A stretch of 64,000 nucleotides of DNA from SAR202 cluster bacterium (GTDB lineage Bacteria > Chloroflexota > Dehalococcoidia > Lucifugimonadales > UBA826), in contig JAKUTY010000005.1 of the NCBI GenBank assembly GCA_022447825.1, forward strand, positions 1,373 to 65,372, written 5' to 3'. Positions within the stretch are counted from its first letter, which is position 1. Each line of letters starts with the position of its first letter. The notes under the pieces were generated by a model that was not told the origin of the DNA, made no database searches, and saw nothing but the letters and a program-made list of their open reading frames with translations. The translations under genes and the position numbers were made by a program. This document shows positions 30,008-39,843 of the stretch, one piece after another.

Positions 30008-31097
30008 GATTCATTGCTTTTTGAATTGTTTTTAGGACTTTTTGGTTTTGCATTTCTGTACCAATTGAAATTCTAAATGAATTTTTTAGTCTTTCAGTAT
30101 TGAACTTCCTAACGAATATACCGTTTTCTTCTAATTCTCCATATACAGTTTTGCAGTGATTTTCTGTGAATTCACACAAAATGTAATTGCCGGATGAGGG
30201 ATAGGCTGTTAATCCGTTGATTTTATTTAGCTCAACATGCATCCGATTTCTATCAACTATTATCTTGTCGACATTTCTTTGCAAAAACTCTATGTCGTCA
30301 AATGAGGCTAGTAATGCAGCTTCAGCAGCTACATTCACATTGTAAGGGGGTTTGATTTCCATTAAGTATTTTGTAGCCGCAGAATGCATTAATCCGTAAC
30401 CTACTCTTAACCCAGCTAATCCTGCCCATTTACTCATGGTTCTTAGAACAATTAAGTTTGGATGTTCTAGAACTAAATTTTGTACTGAAGATTTTGCAAA
30501 TTCAAAATACGCTTCATCAACTACTATCAGGATATCTTTTTGTAAAAGATATTTAATGTGATCAAGGCTGACTGTATTTCCCGTAGGATTGTTTGGAGAG
30601 GTAATGAATATTAGTTTTGTAGTAGAGTCGATATTTTTTTCGATTTCTTCGATATTTAAATCATAATTTGAATCTCTCTCTGCAAATTTTACATTTGCTC
30701 CAGCAATTTTGGCACAAAAACTGTACATACCAAATGTGGGTGAACAATCTAAAATTGAGTCTCCGGGAGAAATAAATATACGGAAAATTAAATCAATAAT
30801 TTCGTCTGCGCCTGCACCAGCTACTATGTTTTCAATTGGGAGCCCAGTGTATTTACTTATTGCGTTTCTGATTCTGATTTGGTCAGGATCAGGATATAAG
30901 TGTACTTGTGTTTGATTAATAGATTCTATAGCTTTTGGTGAGGCCCCGTATGGGTTTTCGTTACCATTTAATTTTATGATTTCAGTTTCAGGTATGCCTG
31001 ATTTTTTAGATAGAAGTTCTGGTGGGTTGACTGCATCATATGTTGCCAAAGAAAGTAAATGCGGTCTGACTATTTTGTCGATATTAAAGTTTTTCAT
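30000..31097 (-). CDS. hisC: Histidinol-phosphate aminotransferase
   Basis: KLNGNENP, SPNNPTG, VDEAYFEF, RTMSKWAGLAGLRVGY. Confidence 0.95.
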   Translation of the reverse strand: MKNFNIDKIVRPHLLSLATYDAVNPPELLSKKSGIPETEIIKLNGNENPYGASPKAIESINQTQVHLYPDPDQIRIRNAISKYTGLPIENIVAGAGADEIIDLIFRIFISPGDSILDCSPTFGMYSFCAKIAGANVKFAERDSNYDLNIEEIEKNIDSTTKLIFITSPNNPTGNTVSLDHIKYLLQKDILIVVDEAYFEFAKSSVQNLVLEHPNLIVLRTMSKWAGLAGLRVGYGLMHSAATKYLMEIKPPYNVNVAAEAALLASFDDIEFLQRNVDKIIVDRNRMHVELNKINGLTAYPSSGNYILCEFTENHCKTVYGELEENGIFVRKFNTERLKNSFRISIGTEMQNQKVLKTIQKAMNHE

Positions 31098-32416
31098 TAT
31101 TCAAATAATTCTTTTCTGATTTCTGCTGCTTCTGCATGGCCTGTTAATCCTTCTTCTTTGGCTATGGTTGCTGCTAATTCACCAATTTTAATGGAATTTG
31201 ATTGAGAAATATTAACTATTGGGACTGTTTTTTGAAAAGTATGTACTCCTAATCCTGAATTGAATCGGGCTGTGCCTGCTGTAGGCATTACATGACTTGG
31301 GCCTGCGCCATAATCGCCTAAAACTTCATGGGAAAATTCGCCTAAAAATATCATTCCGGCATTTAACACGAATGGTACCCATTTTTGAGGATTCTCAACT
31401 GCTAGGCATAAATGCTCAGGGGCGAAAATATTGCCAAGAGTTAAAGATTCCTCAATTGAGTCTACGAGGCAAATAGCTCCTTGCTGTTGTAAAGAAATTT
31501 TGGCAATACTATTTCGGGCTATTCTAGATACCCTTATCTCTAATTCAGATTGCACTTTTAAGGCTATATCATTCGAATTTGTTATAAGAATTGGTTTTGC
31601 TAATTCATCGTGTTCAGCTTGAGCTATTAAGTCTGCTGCAACAAGGGTTGGATTAGAAGAGTTGTCTGCAATTACTAAGGTTTCTGTTGGTCCATACAGC
31701 CCATCAATCCCGACATCTCCAAACACTATTTTTTTTGCTAATGTCACAAATAAATTTCCAGGTCCACAAATAATATCGACTGGTTCAATAGTTTCTGTTC
31801 CATATGCTAGTGCAGCTACAGCTTGTGCACCGCCAACTCCATAAACTTTGTCTACTTTGGCTATGTATGCAGCAGCTAATACTGAATCCGGTATATCCCC
31901 ATTGGAATTAACTGGACATGTGATTGAAATTTTTTTTACACCTGCAATCTTTGCTGGGATAGTGGACATTAGTACAGTAGATGGATATCGTGCAGTGCCT
32001 CCAGGTATATAAGCTCCAACAGAATTTACAGGAATGAAGTTTTGTCCATAACCTTCTGTTTCGTCATACCAAGACTTAGGTAAGGATTTTTTATGGAATT
32101 CGGTAATCCTTTCAGCTGATAGAGTTAATGCTTTTTGAAGGTTTTGAGGTATTTTGTTGTAAGCATCCTCTAATTTATTCTGGTTGATGACAAAATTATT
32201 AGTTGCATGCCCTTCTATTTTAAGTACAAGATCTTTTATTGCTTGATCTCCAGAATTACGTACTTGATCAACTATTTTCTGTACATATGAGTGTGCATCA
32301 AGTGGCTCTCCAAAAACCAATTGAGATGATTTTAAGATAGAATCTGAATTAAGATTAATGAAACGGTTTGCAGATAGAAATTCTTTAGATTTTTCAAAAC
32401 CTTTAATTATATTCAT
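31097..32416 (-). CDS. hisD: Histidinol dehydrogenase
   Basis: YIPGG, GPGN, GPTE, AQAEHD, APEHL, GDYGAGPSHVMPT. Confidence 0.96.
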   Translation of the reverse strand: MNIIKGFEKSKEFLSANRFINLNSDSILKSSQLVFGEPLDAHSYVQKIVDQVRNSGDQAIKDLVLKIEGHATNNFVINQNKLEDAYNKIPQNLQKALTLSAERITEFHKKSLPKSWYDETEGYGQNFIPVNSVGAYIPGGTARYPSTVLMSTIPAKIAGVKKISITCPVNSNGDIPDSVLAAAYIAKVDKVYGVGGAQAVAALAYGTETIEPVDIICGPGNLFVTLAKKIVFGDVGIDGLYGPTETLVIADNSSNPTLVAADLIAQAEHDELAKPILITNSNDIALKVQSELEIRVSRIARNSIAKISLQQQGAICLVDSIEESLTLGNIFAPEHLCLAVENPQKWVPFVLNAGMIFLGEFSHEVLGDYGAGPSHVMPTAGTARFNSGLGVHTFQKTVPIVNISQSNSIKIGELAATIAKEEGLTGHAEAAEIRKELFE

Positions 32417-33152
32417 TTAAAAATCCATTTATAGCTTTGTCTATATTATCTTTACTAGTGGATTCAAATTCTTCTAATAAATTCTGTGGCAATAAATTCA
32501 AAACATTGTTTATGTTTTGAATGGGGTCTGCCAAAAAGTTCTGGGTGAATGGAATTGCTTCGTGTTGAGCATTTCCGTTTGAGATGCGTTTAGCCATAAA
32601 GTTGAGCCTGTCCCATGAAAATCCAAGATTTAAAAAGTTACAGATCCAATCTCTCCACTCGTTCAAAGAGTTGTTACTTAAAAAAGGAAGTGACACTTTT
32701 TCTATATTACATTTTTCAATTGATTCAATTTTTGATTCGATTGAACCCCAATATTGGCTGTCCATGTACATTTGGATTGCTCTGTCTAAGACAAGTATGG
32801 GGGTAGATTTTGGGAAAACGTTTTCATTTGAAAAATGTTTTCTGAAAACTGTAGTGATCCAAGTTTCATCCAAAACTAAATGAGTTACGTAGCCAGTTAA
32901 AAATGTTTTTATAATTTCATCCTGATCTTTAATTTGATGTATTTCAGGAAATTTTTGCGTCATGTTTGCAATTCCCTCTCCCACTGAATTAAAGTCCAAG
33001 TCTACAAAATGGTACACAGATCTATTTTCTTTAGTTATTACTCTGATATCTGGAGATGTAGCTCCTAGTAAATATATAGGAAGAAATTCTTGTGGCATTG
33101 TCTCTGGGACTGATTTCATAGCAAAGTGAATGTGTGTAGCTAAATTAGGCAT
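32403..33152 (-). CDS. Zn-dependent phospholipase C / P1-nuclease fold protein inside his operon
   Basis: MPNLATH (H7), LLGATSPD (D35), YHF (H48), GYVTHLVLD (H91, D95); no signal peptide; overlaps hisG and hisD. Confidence 0.8.
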   Translation of the reverse strand: MPNLATHIHFAMKSVPETMPQEFLPIYLLGATSPDIRVITKENRSVYHFVDLDFNSVGEGIANMTQKFPEIHQIKDQDEIIKTFLTGYVTHLVLDETWITTVFRKHFSNENVFPKSTPILVLDRAIQMYMDSQYWGSIESKIESIEKCNIEKVSLPFLSNNSLNEWRDWICNFLNLGFSWDRLNFMAKRISNGNAQHEAIPFTQNFLADPIQNINNVLNLLPQNLLEEFESTSKDNIDKAINGFLNEYN

Positions 33153-33870
33153 CCTTAACCCTTTTGCTTAAGTAGCTTTGTAGTTTTGTAACAATTTGAT
33201 TAATTATAGCTAGCTTATTTGATTGATCTGATATGGATTGGCTGTTAACAATCAAGCAAGATTCAGAATCAAGTATGATTCCACCAGATATTGTTTTGAG
33301 CTTGTTAGCTTTCATTGTAGTTCCTGTTGATGTAATGTCAGTGATTATGTCAGCTGAGCCCATTTCTGGAGCTATTTCCAAAGTTCCGCTTGAAGGAACA
33401 ATAGAAAAATTTGAAATGCTATTTGAGATTAGAAAATGTTCAGTCAGTCTAGGGAATTTGCTAGCTATTTTAAGATTCAATCCTTTACGTTTAAAATCTG
33501 TAGCAACTTCTGCTAGATCAGCAATTGAAGAAACATCAAACCATGATTCTGGAACCCCAAAAGCTAATGAACAAGCCCCAAAACCTAAATTATTTAACAA
33601 GATTTGAGTATATTCAGGGTTAGTTTGAAATTCTAAATAACGGTCATACCCTACTATTCCTAGATCGGCATTTCCTTCTTCAACTTTCCAAGTAATATCA
33701 GCACTTCTTTGGAACAAAATAGAAACTCCAGCAAGGGCTGGTATTTCGCCAATATAACGGCGTTTATTAGGTCTATTTACTTCTAATCCACAATTATTTA
33801 AGAATTCTAAAGTGGGATCATACAGAGCACCGCTACTTGAAATTGCAAGAGTTAAATCTGAAGAAGTCAA
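33145..33870 (-). CDS. hisG: ATP phosphoribosyltransferase, short form
   Basis: ADLGIVGYD, LGFGAC, IASKFP, GTLEIAP, DIITDITSTGTT; lacks C-terminal regulatory domain. Confidence 0.92.
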   Translation of the reverse strand: MTSSDLTLAISSSGALYDPTLEFLNNCGLEVNRPNKRRYIGEIPALAGVSILFQRSADITWKVEEGNADLGIVGYDRYLEFQTNPEYTQILLNNLGFGACSLAFGVPESWFDVSSIADLAEVATDFKRKGLNLKIASKFPRLTEHFLISNSISNFSIVPSSGTLEIAPEMGSADIITDITSTGTTMKANKLKTISGGIILDSESCLIVNSQSISDQSNKLAIINQIVTKLQSYLSKRVKDA

Positions 33871-35066
33871 GTTTCACCTCTATCTATTGAAATGATTTCA
33901 TCAATATTTACTGCAAATCCAATGGCAGGTATATCTGTGTGGTGGCCTAGAGCTCTAAAAAGTCCGTCATATCGACCACCGCCACCAATAGTTTTGGTGT
34001 TTTGATTTATCTCAGTTTCTATGTCGAATATTATTCCTGTGTAATAGGTCAATCCCCTATTACGTTCAAAGTCTATTAAAAATGTTACATCTAGATTTTT
34101 TGGAATAGAGACTTCTTTCACTACGTTGGAAATATACGAAATTGAATTTAATAGTTCTTGTGGGTAAGAGGTAGATTTAATACTAACTACATTAGTCTTA
34201 GAAAACTCTCTGAAAAAATTTAATAAAACTGTAAGAATTTTATTATATTCAGTTGATTTTAATGAATTTATTTGCTTCTTTCTTAATCTTTCTGCAACTT
34301 CATCTGCTGTTCTTCTGCCAAAATTATATGAATCTTTTTTAGATTCCAGATCTGTCAAAAGTTTTAGAATTTTATCTTCTGTTGACGAATCGGTATCTGA
34401 CACAACCTTAGATAATAGACCTAATTCTAAAGCCTTTTGAGTTAGCGCTTTTGTTGAGTCATCAACTTGAAGTTTGTTTATGTTGTCTAAGGTAAAATCA
34501 GTTAAAGCTTCAGTGAATCCGGAATTCCCAAGAAATTCTCTTATTGGTCCTACGTTTCCAATTGCAACTGTGAGGTTTTTTATGGGGGTTTTAGAAATAC
34601 ATTCTAGAGATAAAGATAAAATTTCAGCATCAGATTGGATAGAATTATTCCCTATTAGTTCTGCTCCCAGTTGTGTGAATTGTTTGGTAGATGAAGGCAG
34701 GTTTTTTTCTTGGTTTCTAAAAACAGGCCCAGAATACTGGTACCTATATTCAGAGCTGCTGTTCGCATTAGATTCAATCAATATACGTATAATAGAGGAA
34801 GTGAATTCTGGACGTAAACTTACTTTTTTTCCGTTTGGTTCTGAAAACGAATACAGTCTTTTAGAGATTTCACCACCAGATTTTCGTTCATAGAGTTCTG
34901 TAGGTTCAAGAATAGGGCAATCTATGGAAATGTATTCTGATTTACTAAACGCCTCATGTATGCTGTTAGTCAATTTGTTTTTCAAATTTAAATGATTAGT
35001 ATCAGAGATAAACATCCCTTCCAATTTAGAAATAGGTAAAGAGTATTTTGAAATCTGTTTTTCCAT
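33867..35066 (-). CDS. hisZ: ATP phosphoribosyltransferase regulatory subunit
   Basis: HisRS-like LRPEFTSSI, QLGAELIG, RGLTYYTG, GGGGRYDGL, PAIGFA; no anticodon-binding domain; next to short hisG; start placed at ATG 35066. Confidence 0.88.
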   Translation of the reverse strand: MEKQISKYSLPISKLEGMFISDTNHLNLKNKLTNSIHEAFSKSEYISIDCPILEPTELYERKSGGEISKRLYSFSEPNGKKVSLRPEFTSSIIRILIESNANSSSEYRYQYSGPVFRNQEKNLPSSTKQFTQLGAELIGNNSIQSDAEILSLSLECISKTPIKNLTVAIGNVGPIREFLGNSGFTEALTDFTLDNINKLQVDDSTKALTQKALELGLLSKVVSDTDSSTEDKILKLLTDLESKKDSYNFGRRTADEVAERLRKKQINSLKSTEYNKILTVLLNFFREFSKTNVVSIKSTSYPQELLNSISYISNVVKEVSIPKNLDVTFLIDFERNRGLTYYTGIIFDIETEINQNTKTIGGGGRYDGLFRALGHHTDIPAIGFAVNIDEIISIDRGET

Positions 35067-35152
35067 AGATACAAATTCTACAATACTACGGAGTATTGAA
35101 AAACTTTGTTCAACAGAATTATCATGAACATACAAAAAATATGGAGATAAAT

Positions 35153-35668
35153 ATGGCAAATAATCAATCGGTTTCTCCAAAAATTGGCGTTTTAGGCGGG
35201 AGTACATCAGATTTTCCAGTTCTAGAGAAAGCAATAAATTTATTAGATGAATTACAAATTAGTAATGAATTAAGGGTAGTTTCTGCTCACAGAACACCGG
35301 ACTGGTTATTTGAGTATGCAGAAACGGCTGAATCTAGAGGTATTCAAGTAATAATTGCGGGTGCTGGAGGAGCAGCGCATCTGCCTGGAATGTTAGCTGC
35401 AAAAACAGTGATTCCAATAATAGGCGTTCCTATTCCATTAGAGAATTTAAAAGGGATGGATTCATTGTTGTCTATTGTTCAAATGCCTCGAGGTGTGCCA
35501 GTGGCTACGGTTGCTATAGAAGGTTCCGAAAATGCAGCCTTACTAGCTGCTCAGATCTTAGCGGTTTCTGACCTCGACCTTAGAGAACGATTAAAGATAT
35601 GGAGAAGTGATTTAACTGAAAAAGTTTTAAATAATCCAAGTGCTAAAGGGCTTGATGATGGAATCTAA
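35153..35668 (+). CDS. purE: N5-CAIR mutase
   Basis: GSTSD, SAHRTP, AGAGGAAHLPG, SIVQMPRGVPVATV; start at ATG 35153 after GGAG. Confidence 0.96.
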   Translation: MANNQSVSPKIGVLGGSTSDFPVLEKAINLLDELQISNELRVVSAHRTPDWLFEYAETAESRGIQVIIAGAGGAAHLPGMLAAKTVIPIIGVPIPLENLKGMDSLLSIVQMPRGVPVATVAIEGSENAALLAAQILAVSDLDLRERLKIWRSDLTEKVLNNPSAKGLDDGI

Positions 35669-36791
35669 GAATTTGCTACTTCCAGGTGCTTATCTAGGAA
35701 TGTTAGGGGGCGGACAGCTGGGAGGTTTTTTTAGTGAGGCAGCTTTAAGAATGGGGTACAAGGTTGTAGTTTGGGACCCTAATGAGAAAGCTCCCGCTAA
35801 AAGATTTGCTGAGAAATCTCAGAGTACAGATTTTTTAGATTTTGAATCAGCAGATTTTTTTTTAAATGATGTTGACGCTGTGTCTTTAGAGTGGGAAAAC
35901 GTCCCATCAGAATTGGTACAGTTTTTAGAAGATAAAACGATTGTTAGACCTAGTAGCAAATCTTTAGCATTAGCACAAAATAGAATTACTGAAAAAACCT
36001 ATTTGACAAAGAACTCATTTCCTTTAACTGATTTTTGTCCTATTTACTCTTTTGACGACTTTGAAAAAGTTCAATTTGATATGCCTTGGATAGTTAAAAC
36101 TGCCACTTTGGGTTATGACGGACACGGACAATGGAGCATTAATCAAGTTGATGACCTTCAATCTATCGAAGGTGAGGGACCTTGGGTTGCTGAAAGTAAA
36201 GTTGAGTATTTATGTGAAATTTCTGTGATAGTAGCGAGTGATGGTTCGGGAAAAACAATGTCATTTCCTGTGATTGAAAACACTCATTCTGAAAATATAT
36301 TGAGAATGAGTATATACCCAGCTCGAATTCCGAATAAAACCCAAATAAACGCAAAAAATATAGCAGAAAAAGTAGTTTCTTCGTTGGGAGACGCAGGTGT
36401 TTTTTGTGTAGAAATGTTTATGGTTGATGAAGATACCGTCTTAGTAAATGAAATAGCTCCCCGTCCACATAATTCTGGTCACCTGACTATAGATGCTTTT
36501 TCTATTTCGCAATATGAGATGCAAGTTAGGGTTTTGTGTGGATTACCTTTGTCTCAACCTTTACCTTTAGGTCCAGTCGTGATGCTAAATGTTTTAGGAT
36601 TTGAAATGGAAAATTTGCTTAAATCTGATTTAATGGATGAGATACTTGATAAGACTAATTGCAAGTTATATATGTATGGGAAGGATCAAATTAAAAATAG
36701 AAGAAAGCTAGGTCATATGATTTTTACAGGTACAGAGCTTTGTGATTTGATTACTCAAGCAAATTTCGTTCACGAAAAAATTAAAGTGTGA
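35655..36791 (+). CDS. purK: N5-CAIR synthetase
   Basis: GGGQLG, EWEN, GYDGHGQ, NEIAPRPHNSGH, RKLGH. Confidence 0.95.
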   Translation: MMESKNLLLPGAYLGMLGGGQLGGFFSEAALRMGYKVVVWDPNEKAPAKRFAEKSQSTDFLDFESADFFLNDVDAVSLEWENVPSELVQFLEDKTIVRPSSKSLALAQNRITEKTYLTKNSFPLTDFCPIYSFDDFEKVQFDMPWIVKTATLGYDGHGQWSINQVDDLQSIEGEGPWVAESKVEYLCEISVIVASDGSGKTMSFPVIENTHSENILRMSIYPARIPNKTQINAKNIAEKVVSSLGDAGVFCVEMFMVDEDTVLVNEIAPRPHNSGHLTIDAFSISQYEMQVRVLCGLPLSQPLPLGPVVMLNVLGFEMENLLKSDLMDEILDKTNCKLYMYGKDQIKNRRKLGHMIFTGTELCDLITQANFVHEKIKV

Positions 36792-36792
36792 T

Positions 36793-36868
36793 TGGTACGC
36801 CTGGAGGGATTCGAACCCCCGACACCTGGTTCCGAAGACCAGTGCTCTATCCGCTGAGCTACAGGCGC
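36793..36868 (-). tRNA. tRNA-Arg (anticodon UCG)
   Basis: Reverse complement GCGCCTGTAGCTCAGCGGATAGAGCACTGGTCTTCGGAACCAGGTGTCGGGGGTTCGAATCCCTCCAGGCGTACCA. Confidence 0.96.
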
Positions 36869-36880
36869 GAATTATGTATA

Positions 36881-38020
36881 TTATACAGACCGAATCATAT
36901 CTAATTTCTTAATATAGTTATCCCCTTCATCTAAAATGGTGATTTTTCCTGAATTAGATACTTCTATGTCCTTACAGTCTTCTAAGAACTCTAAATGAGC
37001 TACTATTTCTGACATTGCTGCAAAAATGTTGGACCCCAATAATTTACTCTTTTCGAAAATCCCCCTTGTCAGGTCCTCTAATGAATCTGAATTGTAATTT
37101 AATCTCTGAATAATTCTTTTTAATCTTTTTTCATGATGAGAGATGATTTCTAAACCTCTTGATTGGTCTATCCAATTAAATTCTCCTTTGTTATGAAGCC
37201 TGTGAGCAGGTAGAATTGAATACTCGTTTCCCAGTCGCATTGTTGTTGACAGAGAGTTTAAATAAGTGCCTAATCCAAACCAAGGTGATGTGTTTTTTAG
37301 AAAACTTGGCAGAGATTTTGAAATCTCTTGTTGAATAATTGTATTTGATGTTGGATGTGGGGTGATTTCTGGCAGTATATGGTCTCCAGTAAACATAAAA
37401 TTATCCAGAAGTAGAACAATTTGATCAGGAGAGTGGCCAGGGGTTTGTATTATTTGAATATCTTCAAATAATTCTTGATCTGATAGATTCCTAGAAATAA
37501 CTGTACTTTTTTTATTTAAATAGTAATCAGAATATTGATTCCATCTAGAGAATCTATCAGATTCTGAAATTAAAATAGAAGAAATTCTCATTAATTCTTT
37601 TTGTAGAATAGAGGATTCTCTATCTTGAATTTCCCAGATTTTATATTTTTTTAGTGGGGCGTAATTTTTATGAGCCCATAGTTCAGCATTAGTAAAACTA
37701 CAAAATTCATGAGCTGTTCCATCATGATCAGAGTGACCGTGTGTAAAAATTACTCTTTTAATGTCTTTTGTGCTTATAGGTAATTGAGAGTAACCATCAA
37801 GAAAATTTTCAAAAGACCCTGGAGTGCCTAAGTCTATGACAGTAAAACCGTCATTTTCAAAAATGTATGACCATGTTGGTCCAGTTCTTCCAGTTGATGA
37901 TTGTGCTACTGCAACGCCATAAACTGTCCTGCCGTTTTGTGTTTCTAATTGAACAACCCATCCATCCCCATTATCTTGACCTTTTCTAATTACATTTTTG
38001 AGTGGGATATTTTGTGACAT
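36881..38020 (-). CDS. Metallo-beta-lactamase fold hydrolase with C-terminal wHTH-like region
   Basis: VIDLG, THGHSDHDG, TPGHSP, FTGDH, LPAH. Confidence 0.9.
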   Translation of the reverse strand: MSQNIPLKNVIRKGQDNGDGWVVQLETQNGRTVYGVAVAQSSTGRTGPTWSYIFENDGFTVIDLGTPGSFENFLDGYSQLPISTKDIKRVIFTHGHSDHDGTAHEFCSFTNAELWAHKNYAPLKKYKIWEIQDRESSILQKELMRISSILISESDRFSRWNQYSDYYLNKKSTVISRNLSDQELFEDIQIIQTPGHSPDQIVLLLDNFMFTGDHILPEITPHPTSNTIIQQEISKSLPSFLKNTSPWFGLGTYLNSLSTTMRLGNEYSILPAHRLHNKGEFNWIDQSRGLEIISHHEKRLKRIIQRLNYNSDSLEDLTRGIFEKSKLLGSNIFAAMSEIVAHLEFLEDCKDIEVSNSGKITILDEGDNYIKKLDMIRSV

Positions 38021-38046
38021 TCAATCTCCTGATACGTCAATAAATG

Positions 38047-38124
38047 TGGGGTGAGCGAAGGGATTCGAACCCTCGATCTCCAGGGCCACAACCTGGCGCC
38101 TTAACCTACTTGGCCACGCTCACC
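38047..38124 (-). tRNA. tRNA-His (anticodon GUG)
   Basis: Reverse complement GGTGAGCGTGGCCAAGTAGGTTAAGGCGCCAGGTTGTGGCCCTGGAGATCGAGGGTTCGAATCCCTTCGCTCACCCCA; encoded G-1:C73 pair. Confidence 0.96.
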
Positions 38125-38137
38125 ATAGAAGTTAAAA

Positions 38138-38166
38138 AGTCTAGCATCGGGGGCACAAGAGGTCAA
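38138..38166 (-). promoter_or_regulatory. sigma70-type promoter of tRNA-His
   Basis: Minus strand TTGACC (38166-38161), 17 nt, TAGACT (38143-38138). Confidence 0.6.
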
Positions 38167-38180
38167 CGGAGAGTAGTGGA

Positions 38181-38480
38181 TTAATTATTTAATTCTTTAG
38201 TTAATGATTCTAATAGATCTTCTACCATTATGTCTGTTTTTGTATGATGTCTCAACGGTAATTGAGGGTCAACTATGTAGTAGTTTCTTCTACCATTTTT
38301 TTGACGAACAATATATCCAGCATCTTCGAGATCTGAAATTATTTTATGCGTCGTTCTCTCTGTTACTCCTATATAATTGGCTATCTCTCTTGCGGTACTG
38401 GTAGAGTTATGGAAAATGTAACTTAACACTAAACCGTGGTTAGTAATAAATGTCCATTTTGCAGAAGAATTAGTAGTCAT
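38181..38480 (-). CDS. Winged-helix transcriptional regulator (MarR/AsnC-like)
   Basis: WTFITNHGLVL, REIANYIGVTERT, DLEDAGYI, GRRNYY. Confidence 0.88.
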   Translation of the reverse strand: MTTNSSAKWTFITNHGLVLSYIFHNSTSTAREIANYIGVTERTTHKIISDLEDAGYIVRQKNGRRNYYIVDPQLPLRHHTKTDIMVEDLLESLTKELNN

Positions 38481-38568
38481 AAATTTACTCTATTGTTATT
38501 TTGCGAAATTAGAATCTATCATATTCATATTAATTATGACAATATAAAAAAAATATTGCGGAGTATTT

Positions 38569-39843
38569 ATGATTGAACAAGAAAAACTTTTACATAGGGC
38601 TTCTAAAGTTTTCCCTCAAGGGAACCTAGGTAACGTCAATTATGATTTGATTCTTTCTAATGGTTCACGGTCTAGAGTGTGGGATCAAAATGGTAAGGAA
38701 TATGTAGATTATCTCTTAGGTTCAGGGCCAATGATTGTTGGGCACTCTCACCCAAGGGTTAATGATGTAGTCATGAATCAATTATCCAAAGGGACTACGT
38801 TTTTCATTACTAATGACTTATCAATCCTTTTGGCTGAAGAAATTATTGATGCTGTTGCTTGTGCCGAAAAAGTTAGGTTTTGTAGTACAGGCTCAGAAGC
38901 TACTTTATACGCTATGAGGCTAGCTAGAGCTTTTACTAAAAAAGATAAGATCTTAAAGTTTGAAGGTGGTTACCACGGAATGAATGATTATGCTTTGATG
39001 AGTATGTATCCAAAATCATTGTTAGAATTTCCTGTAGCTGAACCTGATTCTGCTGGTATTCCTAAATCTGTTCAATCAGAAGTACTAGTTGCTCCATTTA
39101 ATGACTTGGAAACTACCAAAAATATAGTTTCTGAACATTTAGATGATATTGGAGGAATAATTGTTGAACCTCTTCAGAGATTAATTCCCCCAGTTCCAGG
39201 TTTTCTTCAAGGGTTGAGGCAAATAGCAGATAATTTTGAAATTCCTTTAATATTTGATGAAACTGTTACTGGTTTTAGGCTTGCATACGGAGGAGCTCAA
39301 GAATTTTATGGCGTCACTCCAGATATATGCACTTTAGGAAAAGCCATAGGAGGCGGGTTTCCTTTGACAGCAGTAGCTGGTAAGAATCAATTTATGGAAA
39401 ACTTTGATAAAGATCTTGCTGATTCAGATTCATTTTTGCCTCAGGTTGGAACTTTAAGTGGTAATCCTATTGCATGTGCAGCAGGTTTAGAGACATTATC
39501 AATTTTGAAAGAAGATGGTACCTATCAAAAAATGTTTGAATATGGGGACATGGTCAAATCCCACCTTAAAAAAGAATTTTCATCTGCAGGAATTGAGTCC
39601 GTAGTACAAGGTGAAAGTGTTCTTTTCGACATATTTTTTTGTGATGCTAATACAGAAATTAAGGATTACCGATCTACATTGTCAGCTGATGTAGGTATGC
39701 TTGATAAGTTCAACAGATCACTTTTATCTTCGGGAGTTTTAAAAGGTGCTAGCAAATTTTACTTTTCGTCTGTCCATAACGATGATGATTTAGATATGAC
39801 AATACGAGCAATTGATAAGGCTGTGAAAGAATTTAAGAGTTGA
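38569..39843 (+). CDS. Class III aminotransferase, glutamate-1-semialdehyde aminomutase-like
   Basis: GPMIVGH, STGSEAT, KFEGGYHG, IFDETVTGFR, LGKAIGGGFP, GTLSGNP. Confidence 0.88.
   Translation: MIEQEKLLHRASKVFPQGNLGNVNYDLILSNGSRSRVWDQNGKEYVDYLLGSGPMIVGHSHPRVNDVVMNQLSKGTTFFITNDLSILLAEEIIDAVACAEKVRFCSTGSEATLYAMRLARAFTKKDKILKFEGGYHGMNDYALMSMYPKSLLEFPVAEPDSAGIPKSVQSEVLVAPFNDLETTKNIVSEHLDDIGGIIVEPLQRLIPPVPGFLQGLRQIADNFEIPLIFDETVTGFRLAYGGAQEFYGVTPDICTLGKAIGGGFPLTAVAGKNQFMENFDKDLADSDSFLPQVGTLSGNPIACAAGLETLSILKEDGTYQKMFEYGDMVKSHLKKEFSSAGIESVVQGESVLFDIFFCDANTEIKDYRSTLSADVGMLDKFNRSLLSSGVLKGASKFYFSSVHNDDDLDMTIRAIDKAVKEFKS

Noticed and set aside
35067-35234. Long hisZ N-terminus overlapping divergent purE
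   Set aside because: Artefact of longest-ORF calling; ATG 35066 (hisZ) and ATG 35153 (purE) remove the overlap.
38569-39843. Assigning hemL
   Set aside because: Family is clear, but orthology cannot be established without a tree and no tetrapyrrole genes are nearby.
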